From positions 71,920,001-71,984,000 of the forward strand of contig OX597819.1 in the NCBI GenBank assembly GCA_951406725.2: DNA of 64,000 nt. The letters run 5' to 3'. Below the pieces are notes generated by a model. That model did not search any database and was not told the origin of the DNA. It saw only the letters and a program-made list of their open reading frames with translations. The stretch is from Octopus vulgaris. Taxonomy: Eukaryota. Within the stretch, counting starts at the first letter, position 1, and each line of letters starts with the position of its first letter. Made by a program: the position numbers and the translations under genes. Shown one piece after another: positions 39,219-54,158 of this stretch.

Positions 39219-39514
39219 CTCATGTTTATAAAATATGCTTCCTTTTATTAACGTGGAATGAAGACTTATGGTAGTATGAAATTGTGACAGTATCACTAGC
39301 TAGTTAGTCATGATTAACAAAAACAAAGATGGTACAATATATAAGTATTTTATTTCATATATATATATATATATGTATACATATACATACGTATATATGC
39401 GTATGTATGTATTTATGTATGTATGTATGTATGTATGTATGTATGTATGTATGTATGTATGTATGTATGTATGTATGTATGTATGTATGTTTGCATGTTT
39501 GCATGTATGTATAT

Positions 39515-39670
39515 AGTTGAAATTTACAGAAAAACAAAAGACGAAGATAGATGTATAAACAACAAGCAGGTGTATTAGTTTGACGCTGGGGAAGGTGACA
39601 AAGTCTTTTATGTTTCGAGGCTACGCTCTTCAACAGAAAGGAACATGATGAAATAAACAAAGAAAGAATT
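39515..39670 (-). mobile_element. Short Penelope-like terminal repeat with minimal hammerhead-like motif
   Basis: Minus strand CTTT-CTGTTGA-A-GAGC-GTAG-CCTC-GAAAC-AT-A-AAAG at 39605-39640; relatives at 37475-37595 and 41830-42005. Confidence 0.6.
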
Positions 39671-39971
39671 TAATATCTATGTGTGTGTGTATGTATGTAT
39701 TTATATAAATATTTATGTATGTATATATATGTATGCATATATATTAAAAAACAAATAAATATACATATGTATACTTACATACAGATATACATATGTACAT
39801 GTATGTGTATGTATGTGTGTGTGCGTGTGCGTGCGTGTGTGTATGTGTGTGTGTGTGTGTGTGCTTGTGTGTGTGTGTGTACTGTCCAGCATAAAAATCT
39901 GTGTGCATTTTCATTCTTCGTATATTTTTCGCTACAATTCACCACCTGAAGTATTTTCCCATTCTTTTTTA

Positions 39972-40013
<42 letters not shown>

Positions 40014-40116
40014 GCTTACATACATATATGTATATATGTATGTAGTGATATATGTAAATATGCAATTGTGTATATATATATATATATATCGTGTGTGTAA
40101 GTACGTGTACATGTGC

Positions 40117-40166
<50 letters not shown>

Positions 40167-40620
40167 ATTCATGCGTCTGGTCATGCATGTCTGTACCACT
40201 AAACATTTGCTTGATGCCTTGTACAGTTTGGAAATGTATACATAAACGTGTGCACCGCAATTCGTCACGTACATATTATAGCTTTGGAAATTAACACCAC
40301 GCGTTTCAGAACCTGCTACCATTATTTTTCCCACATTATAGAGAATCGTAAAAAAAATTAAATGTAAGCAAGGTGCAAATTTTGGGACGAAGATTCTATT
40401 TTTATTTTGCATTAAAAAGAATCTCGTGTTTAAAACTGTTCAGTAGTAATTTTTTTTTTTTCAAAATATAATTTAGATAGAATTATTCTATATATATCTA
40501 GATTAACTTGTTTTGATCTACCGTCGGATTAAACTTAAATTGCTAACCGACATTTTACGGTCGCCATTTTTATTTCTACAATTGTATCATACTTGGTCTC
40601 CAACTCAGTCTGTATGTCTG

Positions 40621-40663
<43 letters not shown>

Positions 40664-41066
40664 GTCTCTTTCTCTCATATCTCTCTCTTTCCCTCTCTCT
40701 CCCTCTCTCACTTTATTTCCCTTGCTATCTCTTTCTCTCTTCTCCTACACATGTTCATACGCCTTCTAAATTGATGCGCACGCAGAGTTAGAAGTACTTT
40801 TAAAGTTAATGACAAAAACATCTGCACTCGTATTCGTACACACATTTCACCTAACTCTAACCACACATGTATACACACTCAGCAGAAATATATATGCTTG
40901 CATGTGTGTATGTATGTGAGTATGAGCGCGCGTAACTGTATGCGTCTGTTTGTATATATGTATGTATAAACACGCTTAACTTCTTTTAATTCGCACTAAT
41001 TTACATTAACATACAAGTACCCAAGCCATATGTGTGTGTGTGTGTGTATGCATATACATATATATA

Positions 41067-41116
<50 letters not shown>

Positions 41117-41292
41117 AGCGACGTTCATAAATTATTCGACTTTAGTTTTTTCAGCCAAAACCAATGCCACTTGGACCAAATATGTATTCCGAAACGTCGA
41201 AAATTCTCACTTCTTACCGAGTGTCAAGCCAATAAATTCCATGTGCACGTCCTCTTGTTTATTATTGTTATATTTAATGTTCATTTATTCGA

Positions 41293-41660
41293 CTTGACTA
41301 TATGTGGTAAGTAGCTTGCTAACCAACCACATGGTTCCGAGTTCAGTTCTACACTCGTGGCACCTTGGGCAAATGTCTTCTACTATAGCCTCGAGCCGAC
41401 CAAAGCCTTGTGAAACTGAAAGAAGCCCGTCGTATATATAAATATATATATATTTGTGTGTGTGTATGTATGTGTGTTTGTTTGTCCGTGTTTGTCGCCC
41501 ACAATTGCTTGACAATAGATGCTGGTTTGGCAAAACAGACCGATAGAATAAGTACTAGGCTTACAAAGAATAAGTCCTGGGGTTGATTTGCTCGACTAAA
41601 GGCGGTGCTCCAGCATGGCTGCAGTCAAATGACTTAAGCAAGTAAAAGAATAAAAGAATA
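41293..41660 (+). mobile_element. SINE family A
   Basis: Head through tail with small deletions. Confidence 0.85.
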
Positions 41661-41666
41661 TATATG

Positions 41667-41703
<37 letters not shown>

Positions 41704-41716
41704 GTATGTATGTATG

Positions 41717-41751
<35 letters not shown>

Positions 41752-42048
41752 ATGTGTGTGTGTGTATGTATGTGTGTGTGTGCGTGTATGTATGTATGTA
41801 TGTATGTATGTATTTATATATATATAAATAATCCAAAAGGACGAAGAAAAACACAACTCGAGGACGTGTTACATGCAAAGTATTAGAAGACGCTCAGGGA
41901 AGGAAAGAAAGGGTGTTTTACGTTTCGAGCAAAACTCGTCTAATGAAACAAGAGACAGAGGAAAGTCCAAGAGAAAAGGAAGACGGAGAAAAATCACCAA
42001 CCATATGTATGTGGGTGGTACTAACTGTGTGTGTACGCGCGTGTGTGT

Positions 42049-42108
<60 letters not shown>

Positions 42109-42777
42109 TTATTCGTACAAAGATATCAGATTTATATATGTATATTTGAATTATATGTGCATGTATGTATTCATACATATATGTGTGTGTGTGCATCTAT
42201 AGCTATATATATATATATATATATATAGATATATATATATATATATATATATATCTTCACACACACACAACACACTCACACGTACACATACACACACATA
42301 CACACGTACAATATATAAAGACCTATTTATAGCCCCTTAGAAAATTTGAAATTGCCTAAACATTATTTAATTAAATTTTCGGAGGTAAATTCTATTTCTA
42401 TTCCATATTAAGAATCATTCTTCATTCAAAATCGTTGCCATCAGAGCACCTATTTTATAATGTAATTATTTTACATCTCAAATTATCTTGTAGATAAAAT
42501 TATTCTACAGTATGATATATTCATAAAAAATATCAGAGATCTGCATCAGATATTCTTTAAAATATTATATAGAGTTTTGATTATTTTATAAAATATTGTC
42601 CTTAACAAAATATTCTATGAAATGGAATTTCCATAACATAGCTTTCAATGAAGAGGATTTTCGATGCCGGACCGTATTGCTAAACATACACAGCTACGCT
42701 CATACGCACACACAAACACATACACACACATGCACACACAAACACACACAGTGGGTGAGACTGAAAGTAACGTAAAT

Positions 42778-42852
<75 letters not shown>

Positions 42853-42854
42853 TG

Positions 42855-44227
<1,373 letters not shown>

Positions 44228-44336
44228 AAGAAGGGCTGTAATTCCACGCAGGAAAAAAATACAGGAGAATTTGTTTTTGAAAATGCACCTGAATTTGAAA
44301 GGTGCAATTTCAAATCCAAATTCTCATATATATATA

Positions 44337-44453
44337 TCACCGTGATCACCGTGACCGACCAGGTTATCAGATGTTGCTACACATCGCTGGTCACAATGCG
44401 CTTCGCATTGTTTTAGCCTTCAAATGAAGCCACCCCGCTGGCTAAGCGAGCAG

Positions 44454-44457
<4 letters not shown>
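44337..44457 (-). mobile_element. Structured SINE 3' tail fragment in (TA)n
   Basis: GC-rich island ending in cacggtgatcacggtgat tandem; link to family C is from recall only. Confidence 0.5.
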
Positions 44458-44501
<44 letters not shown>

Positions 44502-44519
44502 TTTGATAAATGCATATAT

Positions 44520-45119
44520 TTAGTGACGTATTTTTATTCAATATGGCTAACCCCTAAGGGTGGATGCTACTGTAGTTTTTAGCCCCAGGAGGACACACTC
44601 CTCCAGCTGGCCATAGACACACTATTTGTGTCCTGTCGAGTATTTGCAAAGGGAAGTCATCCTTCCCGTCTTCAACTGGTTGTCATAAAATATTATAATA
44701 CATTCTTTGATAATAATAAGAAAATGTTAAAACAGTTTACAAGGAAAAATCTTGAGAAAATATTAAAAAGTTCATTAAAAATATTAGGATTTCATTAAAA
44801 ATCATGTTTGTTTGGAAGTATCTCTATATGTACACAGAAAATTATAAGTTCAAAAAGGTCATATTTTGGTGGTATATATATACACAGAAAGAAATATATT
44901 TAGGAGTTTACAAAGAATTTGAGATGAACTGACCTGTTTTACCATTTTTCGTTTTGTGTGATGCTAAAAGCTGATTACTATTTTAAGGGATAGTGTGTGT
45001 GGGGGGGGAGAGCAATGTGGAATTGAAAGGATTTTTTGTTGTTTCTCTTTTGTGGTTGGTCTTTCATGGCTAGTCTTTCACTGTTCAGTGGTTTTTGTGA
45101 CTGGTTTTAGAGGTCAGAA
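44520..45119 (-). repeat. Unclassified interspersed repeat 3' region
   Basis: Structured GC-rich segment followed by aataaaaa on the minus strand; its distal 54 bp is duplicated in inverted form at 46719-46772. Confidence 0.35.
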
Positions 45120-45199
45120 GTTTTCCCACTATGCCAATAGTTTCCCACTATACCAATAGTTTTACCACTATACCAATGCCCGGACAAAACCACTGACCA

Positions 45200-46715
45200 A
45201 ACACGAATAAATAGGGAAAATAATCTTATTCAAAAATACAGACCACAACTCAACATACTCTAACATACCTTCCCAGGTACACATCGAAAACAAACACACA
45301 CAGAAACACATACAGATATGCAAAATCACACAAAAAAAACAATGCCAGCCTCCGACGCAAATACACACATGCACAAACACAATATCCTCACACTAGAGCA
45401 CAAACCCACACACATTCCAAGGAAAAACACATACATATATACACTTGCAATATGATTCCAGCAACTATAACCAACACTCACACACACATATACACATATG
45501 TAAACACGAACCTGCACACAGCTACACACACCACCCCGAAATTACAAATCACATTCACACAAACACACACACACATACACAGATATACAAACAAACACGC
45601 ATTTACAACACAACTCACACAAGCACACACGCATTTATGCACACCTGTACACACACAATACGCCCGTACCCCAGTAATAAAATCACACACACACACTCAA
45701 AAGAAAAAACACACATACACTCACAATAAAATCCCAACAACCACAAGAAACACAAACATACATACACACAAGCATACACACACAATGACACACACCTCCC
45801 CGACAAATACAAGACACATAGACACACTCACACAAACACACCCACACGTATATACACACATACTGCACTAACAATACAAACAAAACAAATCACTCACAAA
45901 TACAGCACACACACACATACGGAAACTACATAAACCAAACACACACACACACAAACGCATACTCAATACCAACACACAGAAAATGCATATGCACACACAC
46001 CACCCAGATAAACCCTACACACATGGACACACAGAGCCCCTGATAAATACAACACACTTACACACACATACACACATACCCACACACATATATATGCACC
46101 CTCACACACACATACGGTTGCTCACATACACACACGCACCACAAGCATAATTAAAACACAAATACTCAGACAGACACAACACACACACTCACATACACAC
46201 ACATAACATCCCCACCAACACAAACATACACGTGCACACATACAGACGCACACGCGAACAAACACATATACACACACATGCGCACGCACAACACCATGAC
46301 AAATACCAATCACACACATATATACACACACCTGCAATCATAACAACACACACATACTACGACAGAGATACACATACTCATGTACGTACACACTCAGTTA
46401 CACACACATAACATCCCCACCGACACAAAAAACACACAAGCATACACACGCACCCACAGACGCACACACACATACGAACAAACACATACACACACTTGCG
46501 CACACACAACACCCTCACAAATGTTAATCACCCACATACACACACACACAAACGCGCACACATATACACACACACCATCCTACCAATTATTAAACACACA
46601 CAGACACATTTTACATACACCACAATAAACCCTGAGACCAATCAAAAACAGCCCACATACACAATCACAAACACATGTATATATATACACACACACAGAC
46701 ACACACACACTCACA
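45200..46715. repeat. 1.5-kb cryptic CA-rich low-complexity tract
   Basis: Degenerate (CA)n; source of many spurious ORFs. Confidence 0.9.
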
Positions 46716-46772
46716 CCATTCTGACCTCTAAGACCAGTCCTAAAATCCCCTGAACCGTGAAAGACTAGCCAT

Positions 46773-47835
46773 ACCTCCCCTTTCCTCTCTCAAATCCCCC
46801 TCTTTTGAATGTTCTAGATTTCTCCCTCCACTTCCTGACCTTCACCCTCTCAAATCCCCCTCTCTGAATGTTGAAGATTTCTCCCCCTGGTTCCTCCCCT
46901 TCCTCCCCTTCTACCTCTCAAATCCCCCTCTTTGGAATGTTGAAGATTTCTACCTCCGCTTCCTCCACTTCCCAATCTCAAATTCCCCTCTCTGGAATGT
47001 TGCGGATTTCTCCCTCCTCTTCCTCACCTTCCTCACCTTCTACCTCTCAAATCCCCTCTCTGGAATATTGAAGATTTCTACTTCCCCTTCCTCCCTTTCC
47101 CCCTCTCAAATCCCCTCTCTGGAATGTTGAATATTTCTCCCTCTTCTTCCTCCCCTTCCTCCCCTTCCACCCCTTCTACCTCTCAAATCCCCCTCACTGG
47201 AATTTTGAAGATTTCTACCTCCCTTCCTCCCCTTCTCCCTCTCAAATCCCCCTCTCTGGAATGTTGAAGATTTCTACCTCCCCTTCATTCCAGAGAGGGC
47301 GATTTGAGAGGGGGAAGTGTAGGAAGGGGAGATAGAAATCTTCAACATTCAAGAGAGAGGGATTTGAGAGGAGGAAGGAGAGGTAGGGGAGGATGGGGAG
47401 GGAGAAATCGTCAACATTCCAGAGAGGGGGATTTGAGAGACGGAAAGGGAGGAGGTAGGTACAAATCTTCAACATTCCAGAAAGGGGCATTTGAGAGGGA
47501 GAAGGAGAGGTAGGGGAGGAAGAGGTGCGAGAAATCTTCAATTTTCCAGAGAGGGGGTTTGAGAGGGGGAAGGGGAGGAATGGTAGGTACAAATATTCAA
47601 GATTCCAGAAGGAGTGATTTGAGAGGGGTTGGTGAGGAAGGTGAGGAAGGAGAGTTAGAAATCTTCAACATTCCGGCAAGGGGTATTTGGGCGGGGGAAT
47701 GGGAGGAAGGAGAGGGATAAATCTTCATCATTCCAGAGAGAGGGATTTGTGAGGGGGAAGGGGAGGAAGGTGAGGAACATTTCAGGGAGGGTGATTTGAG
47801 ACGGGCAAGGTGAGGAAGTGGAGGAAAGAATATTA
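46773..47835. repeat. Purine/pyrimidine-skewed minisatellite with internal inversion
   Basis: Core ctctcaaatccccctctctggaatgttgaagatttct repeated on + to ~47287, then in reverse orientation. Confidence 0.92.
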
Positions 47836-47929
47836 GGGGGGACACTCGAAATTTTCATCGCCACCAATTTTTTTTTTTTATTAAGGCGTCGAGCTGGCAG
47901 AATCATTAGCTCTAACCACACAGCCACTG

Positions 47930-48410
47930 TTTCTGAAGCCTCTCTAGCTTAGAGATCTAAGATCTTTCATAAATCGGAAAGCCTGATTTGCATAAGAAAG
48001 GTTGGTATAGTAACTGAAATCTTTAAAATATTTTGTTCCAATTACATGTTCCATCACGGAATATTTCTAAAGATTTTACTCAACAGTGTATTGCATCAAA
48101 CTCCTAGTCACACACCTGAAATTCATAAAGGTAATTAGCTGCCAAGAATGCATTAGATATGCAAATTCGATTTAATTAAGCTCTTGATATGAAAATATTT
48201 GTTTGCAGCATCTCCATAGACAATTAAAGTAGGAAAGGAGTTTCTGATCCGGGATTACAATCTGAATTATCTTCCTTCTCTTCTCTTCACGTAGATGTGT
48301 ATGGAGACAAGGTGTTAATATTTCTGTTAAATGCAGTTCTAGCAAATAATCTAGAGATATATGAACAATTCACAGCTACTCCATCGTTTCTATAATTTGT
48401 CATTTGTCTT
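47930..48410 (-). pseudogene. Decayed LRR-protein (Toll-like-receptor-like) N-terminal fragment
   Basis: DGVAVNCS, ISNAFLAANYLYE, TNLSYANQAFRFMKDLRSLS*RGF; multiple frameshifts. Confidence 0.4.
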
Positions 48411-48857
48411 TAGGATAGCCAAAGAGGACTTCTGAAACAGTTTACACTGATTTTGCCCGCAATAAGTTAACTGGTTTTGCGAGTGAATAACCATCTACAT
48501 ACCATACTCAATGTACATACACCATTGAAAGACAGGACGGTGTGTATTTTGTGTCCTCACAGGCATGCTGTGTTACAAACACATTACATATAACTGAGTG
48601 AAATGAACATCGTTGGTAGTAGTCAACTCACGTCAGACGCATTCAAGTTTCCTTCAGCTTTATCAATTACGTATACTCGCTAACCACATGACTAGATGAA
48701 ATCTGTCTCTTCCGATATACAGGAAACAGGGAATAATACACTTAGTGATGCACGCAATATGTATTAGACTTCCCGTATATACACCCTTAGCAAACATGGT
48801 GTTTTTGTCCGAGAAGAAGTGGCTTCGTAGAAATGTATTAAAAACGCGTTATATATT

Positions 48858-49426
48858 CTTTTCTACTCTAGGCACAAGGCTCAAAATTTTTGGGTAGGGG
48901 GACAGGCGATTACATCGACCCAGTATGCAACTGGTACTTAATTCATCGATCCCGAAAGGATGAAAAGCAAAGTCGGAATTTGAACTCAGAACATAGACAG
49001 ACGAAATACCCATTTCTTTACTGCCCACAAGGGGCTACACACACAGGGGACAAACAAGGACAGACAAACGGATTAAGTCGATTATATCGACCCCAGTGCG
49101 TAACTGGTACTTAATTTATCGACCCCGAAAGGATGAAAGGCAAAGTCGACCTCGGCGGAATTTGAACTCAGAACGTAGCGGCAGACGAAATACCTATTTC
49201 TTTACTACCCACAAGGGGCTAAACACAGAGAGGGCAAACAAGGACAGACAAACGGATTAAGTCGATTATATCGACTCCAGTGCGTAACTGGTACTTAATT
49301 TATCGATCCCGAAAGGATGAAAGGTAAAGTCGACCTCGGCTGAATTTGAACTCAGAACGTAATGGCAGACGAAAAACCGCTTAGCATTTCGCCCGGCGTG
49401 CTAACGATTCTGCCAGCTCGCCGCCT
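48858..49426 (-). mobile_element. SINE family B with tandemly triplicated 3' region
   Basis: One head (49375-49426) and three body/tail units; TSD-like ttaaaaa(c)gcg(t/a)tatatatt on both flanks. Confidence 0.88.
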
Positions 49427-49581
49427 TTAAAAAGCGATATATATTGTAGCAAGACTAACATCGACCCAGCAATGAAGATATTGTATTTTAATTTAACGTT
49501 GTTCAATTGCGTCAAGTATTATATATTATGGTTTGTATTGTTATTGTCACTAAAACTTTTAAGGCGGAGAGTTTGCTTTTA

Positions 49582-49970
49582 AGGAGCAGGAATGGCTGTG
49601 TAGTAAGAAGCTTGCTTTCCAACTACATGGTTCTGGTTCAGTCTCACTGCATGGCACTTTGGGCAGATGCTTTCTACTGTAGCATCGGGCCTACAAAGTC
49701 CTTCTCAGTTGATTTAGTAGGCGGAAACTGAAAGAAACCCATCGTGTGTGTGTGTACCTTTCTGTTTGTCCTTTACCACCGCTTGACAAATGGTGTTGGT
49801 GTGTCTATATCCCCATAGCTTAGTGGTTCGGCACAAGTGACCTATAGATTGTTTACCAGGTTTATAAGACCATAGGTACGGGAGTCGATTCATTCGACTA
49901 AAACTCCTCAAGGTTGTGCCCCATCATGGCTGCCGTCCAATGATTAAAACAAGTAAAACGATAAAAGAAC
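49582..49970 (+). mobile_element. SINE family A
   Basis: Consensus match. Confidence 0.8.
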
Positions 49971-50240
49971 TATTTATTTGTTTTGCTGATTCCCCCTAAA
50001 AATCTGAAGGAACTCTTCGGGTGACCTTCACTGTATGTTTTTGGTGAGTATTAACGGATACTGTATCACACTCTTAGCCATATTGTGCGTTGATGTATTT
50101 ATTCGTGATATCATCGGTTGTACATGTTCGTTTGCTTTATGCGTTTTTACTGTTTTGTAGGTATGTACTAAAATGGATTTTGTTTCAAGCAGCGGAAATA
50201 ACGAACACTTACTTGTACGTTTATCTCTATAATTAGTTTG

Positions 50241-50630
50241 TGGAGGCGCAATGGCCCAGTGGTTAGGGCAGCGGACTTGCGGTCGTAGGATCGCGATTTC
50301 GATTCTCAGACCGGGTGTTGTGAGTGCTTATTGTTCGAAAACACCCAAAACTCCACGAGGCTACGTCAGGAGGTGGTGCTGAACCCTGCTGTACTCTTTC
50401 ATCACAACTTTCTCTCACTCTTTTCTTCCTGTTTCTGTTGTACCTGTATTTCAAAGTGCCAGCCTTGTCACACTCTGTGTAACGCGGAATCTCCCCGAGA
50501 ACTACGTTAAGGGTACACGTGTCTGCTGTGGAATGCCCAGCCACTTACACGTTAATTTCACGAGCAGACTGTTCCGTTGATTGGATCAACTTGAACTTTC
50601 GTCGTCGTAACTGACGGAGCGGCACGACGA
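50241..50630 (+). mobile_element. SINE family C (tRNA-derived head), full length with TSD
   Basis: ggcgcaatggcccagtggttagggcagcggac...tttcgattctc A/B boxes; taattagttt flanks both ends. Confidence 0.85.
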
Positions 50631-50684
50631 TAATTAGTTTACTCAGTTTAACTTTTGAGTGGCGTTATTTATAGTCCGTGTAGG

Positions 50685-51131
50685 GTGGCGAGCTGGCAGA
50701 ATCGATAGCACGCAAGGCGAAATGCTTAGCGTTGTTTCGTCTTCCGCTACGTTCTGAGTTCAAATTCGGCCGAAGTTGACTTTGCCTTTCATCCTTTCGG
50801 GGTCGATGACATAAGTACCAGTTATGCACAGGGATCGATACAATCAACAAACCCCCTCCCTCCAAATTTTCAAGGCCTTGTGCCTAGAGTAGAAATAATT
50901 ATTTATAATCCGTGTAGAGCGGTGAGCTGGCGGAATCGTTAGGGCGCTGGACGAAATGTCTAGCGGTATTTCGACCATCGCTACGTTCTGAGTTCAAATT
51001 CCACCGAGATCGACTTTGCCTTTCATCCTTTCAAGGTCAATAAATTATGTACCAGTGAAACACTAGGGTCAATGTAATTGACTAATCCCCTTCCTGCAAA
51101 TTTAAGTCCTTGTGCCTCCAGTAGAAAGGAT
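50685..51131 (+). mobile_element. Two tandem SINE family B copies
   Basis: Each preceded by ttatttata(g/a)tccgtgtag; a degenerate third copy of this motif follows. Confidence 0.88.
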
Positions 51132-51183
51132 TTTTAATAATCTGTATAACTTACTTTTTGTAGTTGAATAAATTATTATTCCT

Positions 51184-51552
51184 TTATTACATCCGCCTTA
51201 GCAAAGACGGTGGTATTGTTTTCAGTTGTGTTTGTTTGTCCGAGGACAAGATGTCTCAAGAACTGCTAGATGGATTTGGATGAAACTTTCAGGAGTGTTT
51301 GGCCTCGTGACTGCTACGAACTGGTTAGATTTTGGGATCGATCCGGTACAAGAAAAGGATTCTGGATATTTTTCTTGTTTTTTTTTTTATTAATTTTTGA
51401 GAGGGGTCAGGTTCATTTTTAGTATTCCCATTTGTGAGAGCAGTTGAGTTTATTTCAGATATTCTCATTCTAAAAATCATCTCTGGCTAATCGTTGAGAG
51501 GATGTTGGTGTTGCCTTGGCGGAGGTTTGCGCTCTCTGAATGCTCTTGTTTA
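51184..51552 (+). mobile_element. Helentron/DINE-1-like (HINE) non-autonomous element
   Basis: ttattacatccgcc...gtttgtttgtcc microsatellite...ccttggcggagg subterminal IR and 3' hairpin in T-rich site. Confidence 0.55.
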
Positions 51553-51571
51553 TTATTACAATCGTATTACT

Positions 51572-51782
51572 TTCAAATTTTGGCACAAGGCCAGCAATTT
51601 CAGGGGAATGAGTGAATCTATTACACCGATCCCTGTGCTCAACTGATACTTATTTTATCGATTCTAAAAAGATGAAAAGCAAAGTCGACCGCGGTGGAAT
51701 TTGAACTCAGAACATAAAGACAGATGAAGTGCAGTTCAGCATTTTGCCCGGCATGCTTATGATTCTGCCAGCTCTACACCTT
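51572..51782 (-). mobile_element. SINE family B
   Basis: Consensus match. Confidence 0.8.
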
Positions 51783-52156
51783 ACTCGTTACGATTTGATA
51801 ACGGAAGCAATGCCTGCAGCACAGTACAGAGTAAGAATAAACACAGAGAAATCAATAACCAATCACAAATAAGATATTTACATGAATACTACTAATTTAT
51901 GAATCTAACGGTCGTGATATCATTTCCGGTAGTAATGTCTGCACCGCTGACATTGGCCTTACCAACTAAAAAAGTGACAGCTACACACGACAACGTCACT
52001 TCATCCTGAAGATGAGACTGGGAAGTTTAGAAACATTGACAATAGATTTAGGAACTTTATTGCTCCAAATAAAGATCAAAGAACACGTGCGAAAATATGA
52101 CAAAGATTACCTTTAAAAAGCTTAAAATTGGACGCAATCGTGTTGTAACTACAAAG

Positions 52157-52187
<31 letters not shown>

Positions 52188-53477
52188 AGCACACATATTT
52201 TGACGCTACTTATATAGTGTTCTCTCTTTGTTCTTTGTTTATACTCAAGGAAAACACTTGTATCTACATAATCGGTGGCGGGATAGGTTTGTCAGACAGG
52301 TCACATGTTTCCCTTAGTTATCAATTCATTTCTTTGTCTACAGGATTCCATCAACTTTTAACGAGACCCTAAATCATTTCTCTTCGCCATGACATGTCTC
52401 TAAACTTTGATGCTACTATTTTATTGTCAGGACTATTTACAGAGATGGCACGCTGTCTCTATGGAATATACACTTGCAGTGAACTGTTGACATAAACGTC
52501 TGTGGTTCTATTAATCACATTCAGTTTATTCCCTTGTTGTTGGTGTTCACTTTTTTGAATATCTTTTGTTTACTGGAATCCAAAGCAATATTATTGGAAA
52601 TGTAACTTGTCCAACATTTCAACATTTTTCAGAGATAATACTCATACGAGTCGTGTCAGTTACTGAATAATACGGCTTATCATTAGTACCAATTAAGATT
52701 AAGTTATTATCCGCCCAACACAATGCCAGGTCTGGAGCCATTAGAGTTGAAATTACACAGGCAGCTACAATCAACACCATTACTGTTCTTCAAACCAGCA
52801 CCCCCCAATACAAGCACTATCACCAACACCACAACCAACAGCGCCACGATGACGGCAACCACCACCACCACCAAAAATAACAACACAACCACCAATACCA
52901 CCACGACGACCACTACCACAAATACCACCATCACCACTACGACGCCATTTCTTGATGTCAATCTAATCGCTATCTACACGTGTTAATTAGCCGACTCCTA
53001 TATCTATTATGTGTTATTTTAAACTAATTCTTATCAACCTGTTGGGACTTGCTAACGCCAGCCCTCACACAGAGCAAATTTATATTCTAAAAAGTTTCCA
53101 ATCATGAAAATCGCATTCTAATTTTGGGTTTACTGCAACTAAATTGCATTATCCAATTATTCTTTCTTTATTTAAGACGAATGGTGTAATTTGAAAAGTA
53201 AAATTGACTGTTGTTTACAGTAAGTCGAGCAATACCAAAAGAAACGCTTTCGATTGCCCGTTTGTGTATAGGTGTACGTTTATGCATCATATACATAACA
53301 TGTGTTGAGGTTTTGGTCCCTGTTTTATTTAGCTTTTAGTTTTCTTCATACTCTGAGTAGCACACATTGGGAAGGATTTTTTACTTCATGGTCTGAAAAG
53401 GGCAGGAGAAATCATCATCGTTCATATACATTTACATTTACACCCCCTTGTAAACACACACACACACACACACATAT

Positions 53478-54158
53478 TCTTTTATTCTTTTACTTGTTTC
53501 AGTCTTTGATTGTGACCATGCTGGAGCACCAACTTTAGTCGAATAAATCGACTCCAGGACTTATTCTTTGTAATCTTATTTTAGTACTTATTTTATCGGT
53601 TTCTTTTGCCGAACCGCTGGGTTACGGGAACATAAACCCACCAACATCGGGCGGTTTTATGCGATGGGGGGAGCACAAAGACAGACACGCGAATACATGC
53701 ATGCATATATATATATATATATACATACGAGGTGGGTTTTTTTTTCAGTTTCCGTCTACTAAATCCATTCACAAGGCTTTGGTCGGCCCGAGGCTATAGC
53801 AGAAAACACTTGCCCAAGGTGCCACGCAGTGGGGGTGAACCTGGAACCATGTGGTTGGGAAGCAAGCTTCTTATTTGTTATTTGTTATTTCTTTTTTATT
53901 TCTTTATTGCCCACAAGGGGCTAAACATAGAGGGCACAAACAAGGACATACAGAGGGATTAGGTCGATTACATCGACCCCAGTGCGTAACTGATACTTAA
54001 TTAATCGACCCTGAAAGGATGAAAGGCAAAGTCGACCTCGGCGGAATTTGAACTCAGAACGTAACGGCAGACCGCTAAGCATTTCGCCCGGCGCGCTAAC
54101 GTTTCTACCAGCTCACTGCCATCCTAAGCTTCTTACCACGCAACCACTCATGCGCCTG
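53478..54158 (-). mobile_element. SINE A with SINE B (53895-54121) inserted in its head
   Basis: aagcttctta is duplicated at 53864 and 54127. Confidence 0.85.

Noticed and set aside
46773-47835. CRISPR-like spacing of a conserved ~37-bp core
   Set aside because: Spacers are low-complexity variants of each other, there are no cas genes, and the context is eukaryotic.
46868-47927. Ser/Pro-rich ORFs suggesting an extensin- or mucin-like protein
   Set aside because: They come from a minisatellite with variable unit length, frameshifts and a mid-array inversion.
52006-52040. Hammerhead-like CTGAAGA-T-GAGACT-GGGA-AGTTTA-GAAAC
   Set aside because: Needs several corrections and has no second copy here; left unannotated.
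52251-52287. Exon encoding IYIIGGGIG (Rossmann-like)
   Set aside because: Too short, and the next candidate exon hits a stop within ten codons.
52723-52986. Thr-rich mucin-like ORF
   Set aside because: Degenerate (ACC/AAC)n tract with no supporting splice or signal features.
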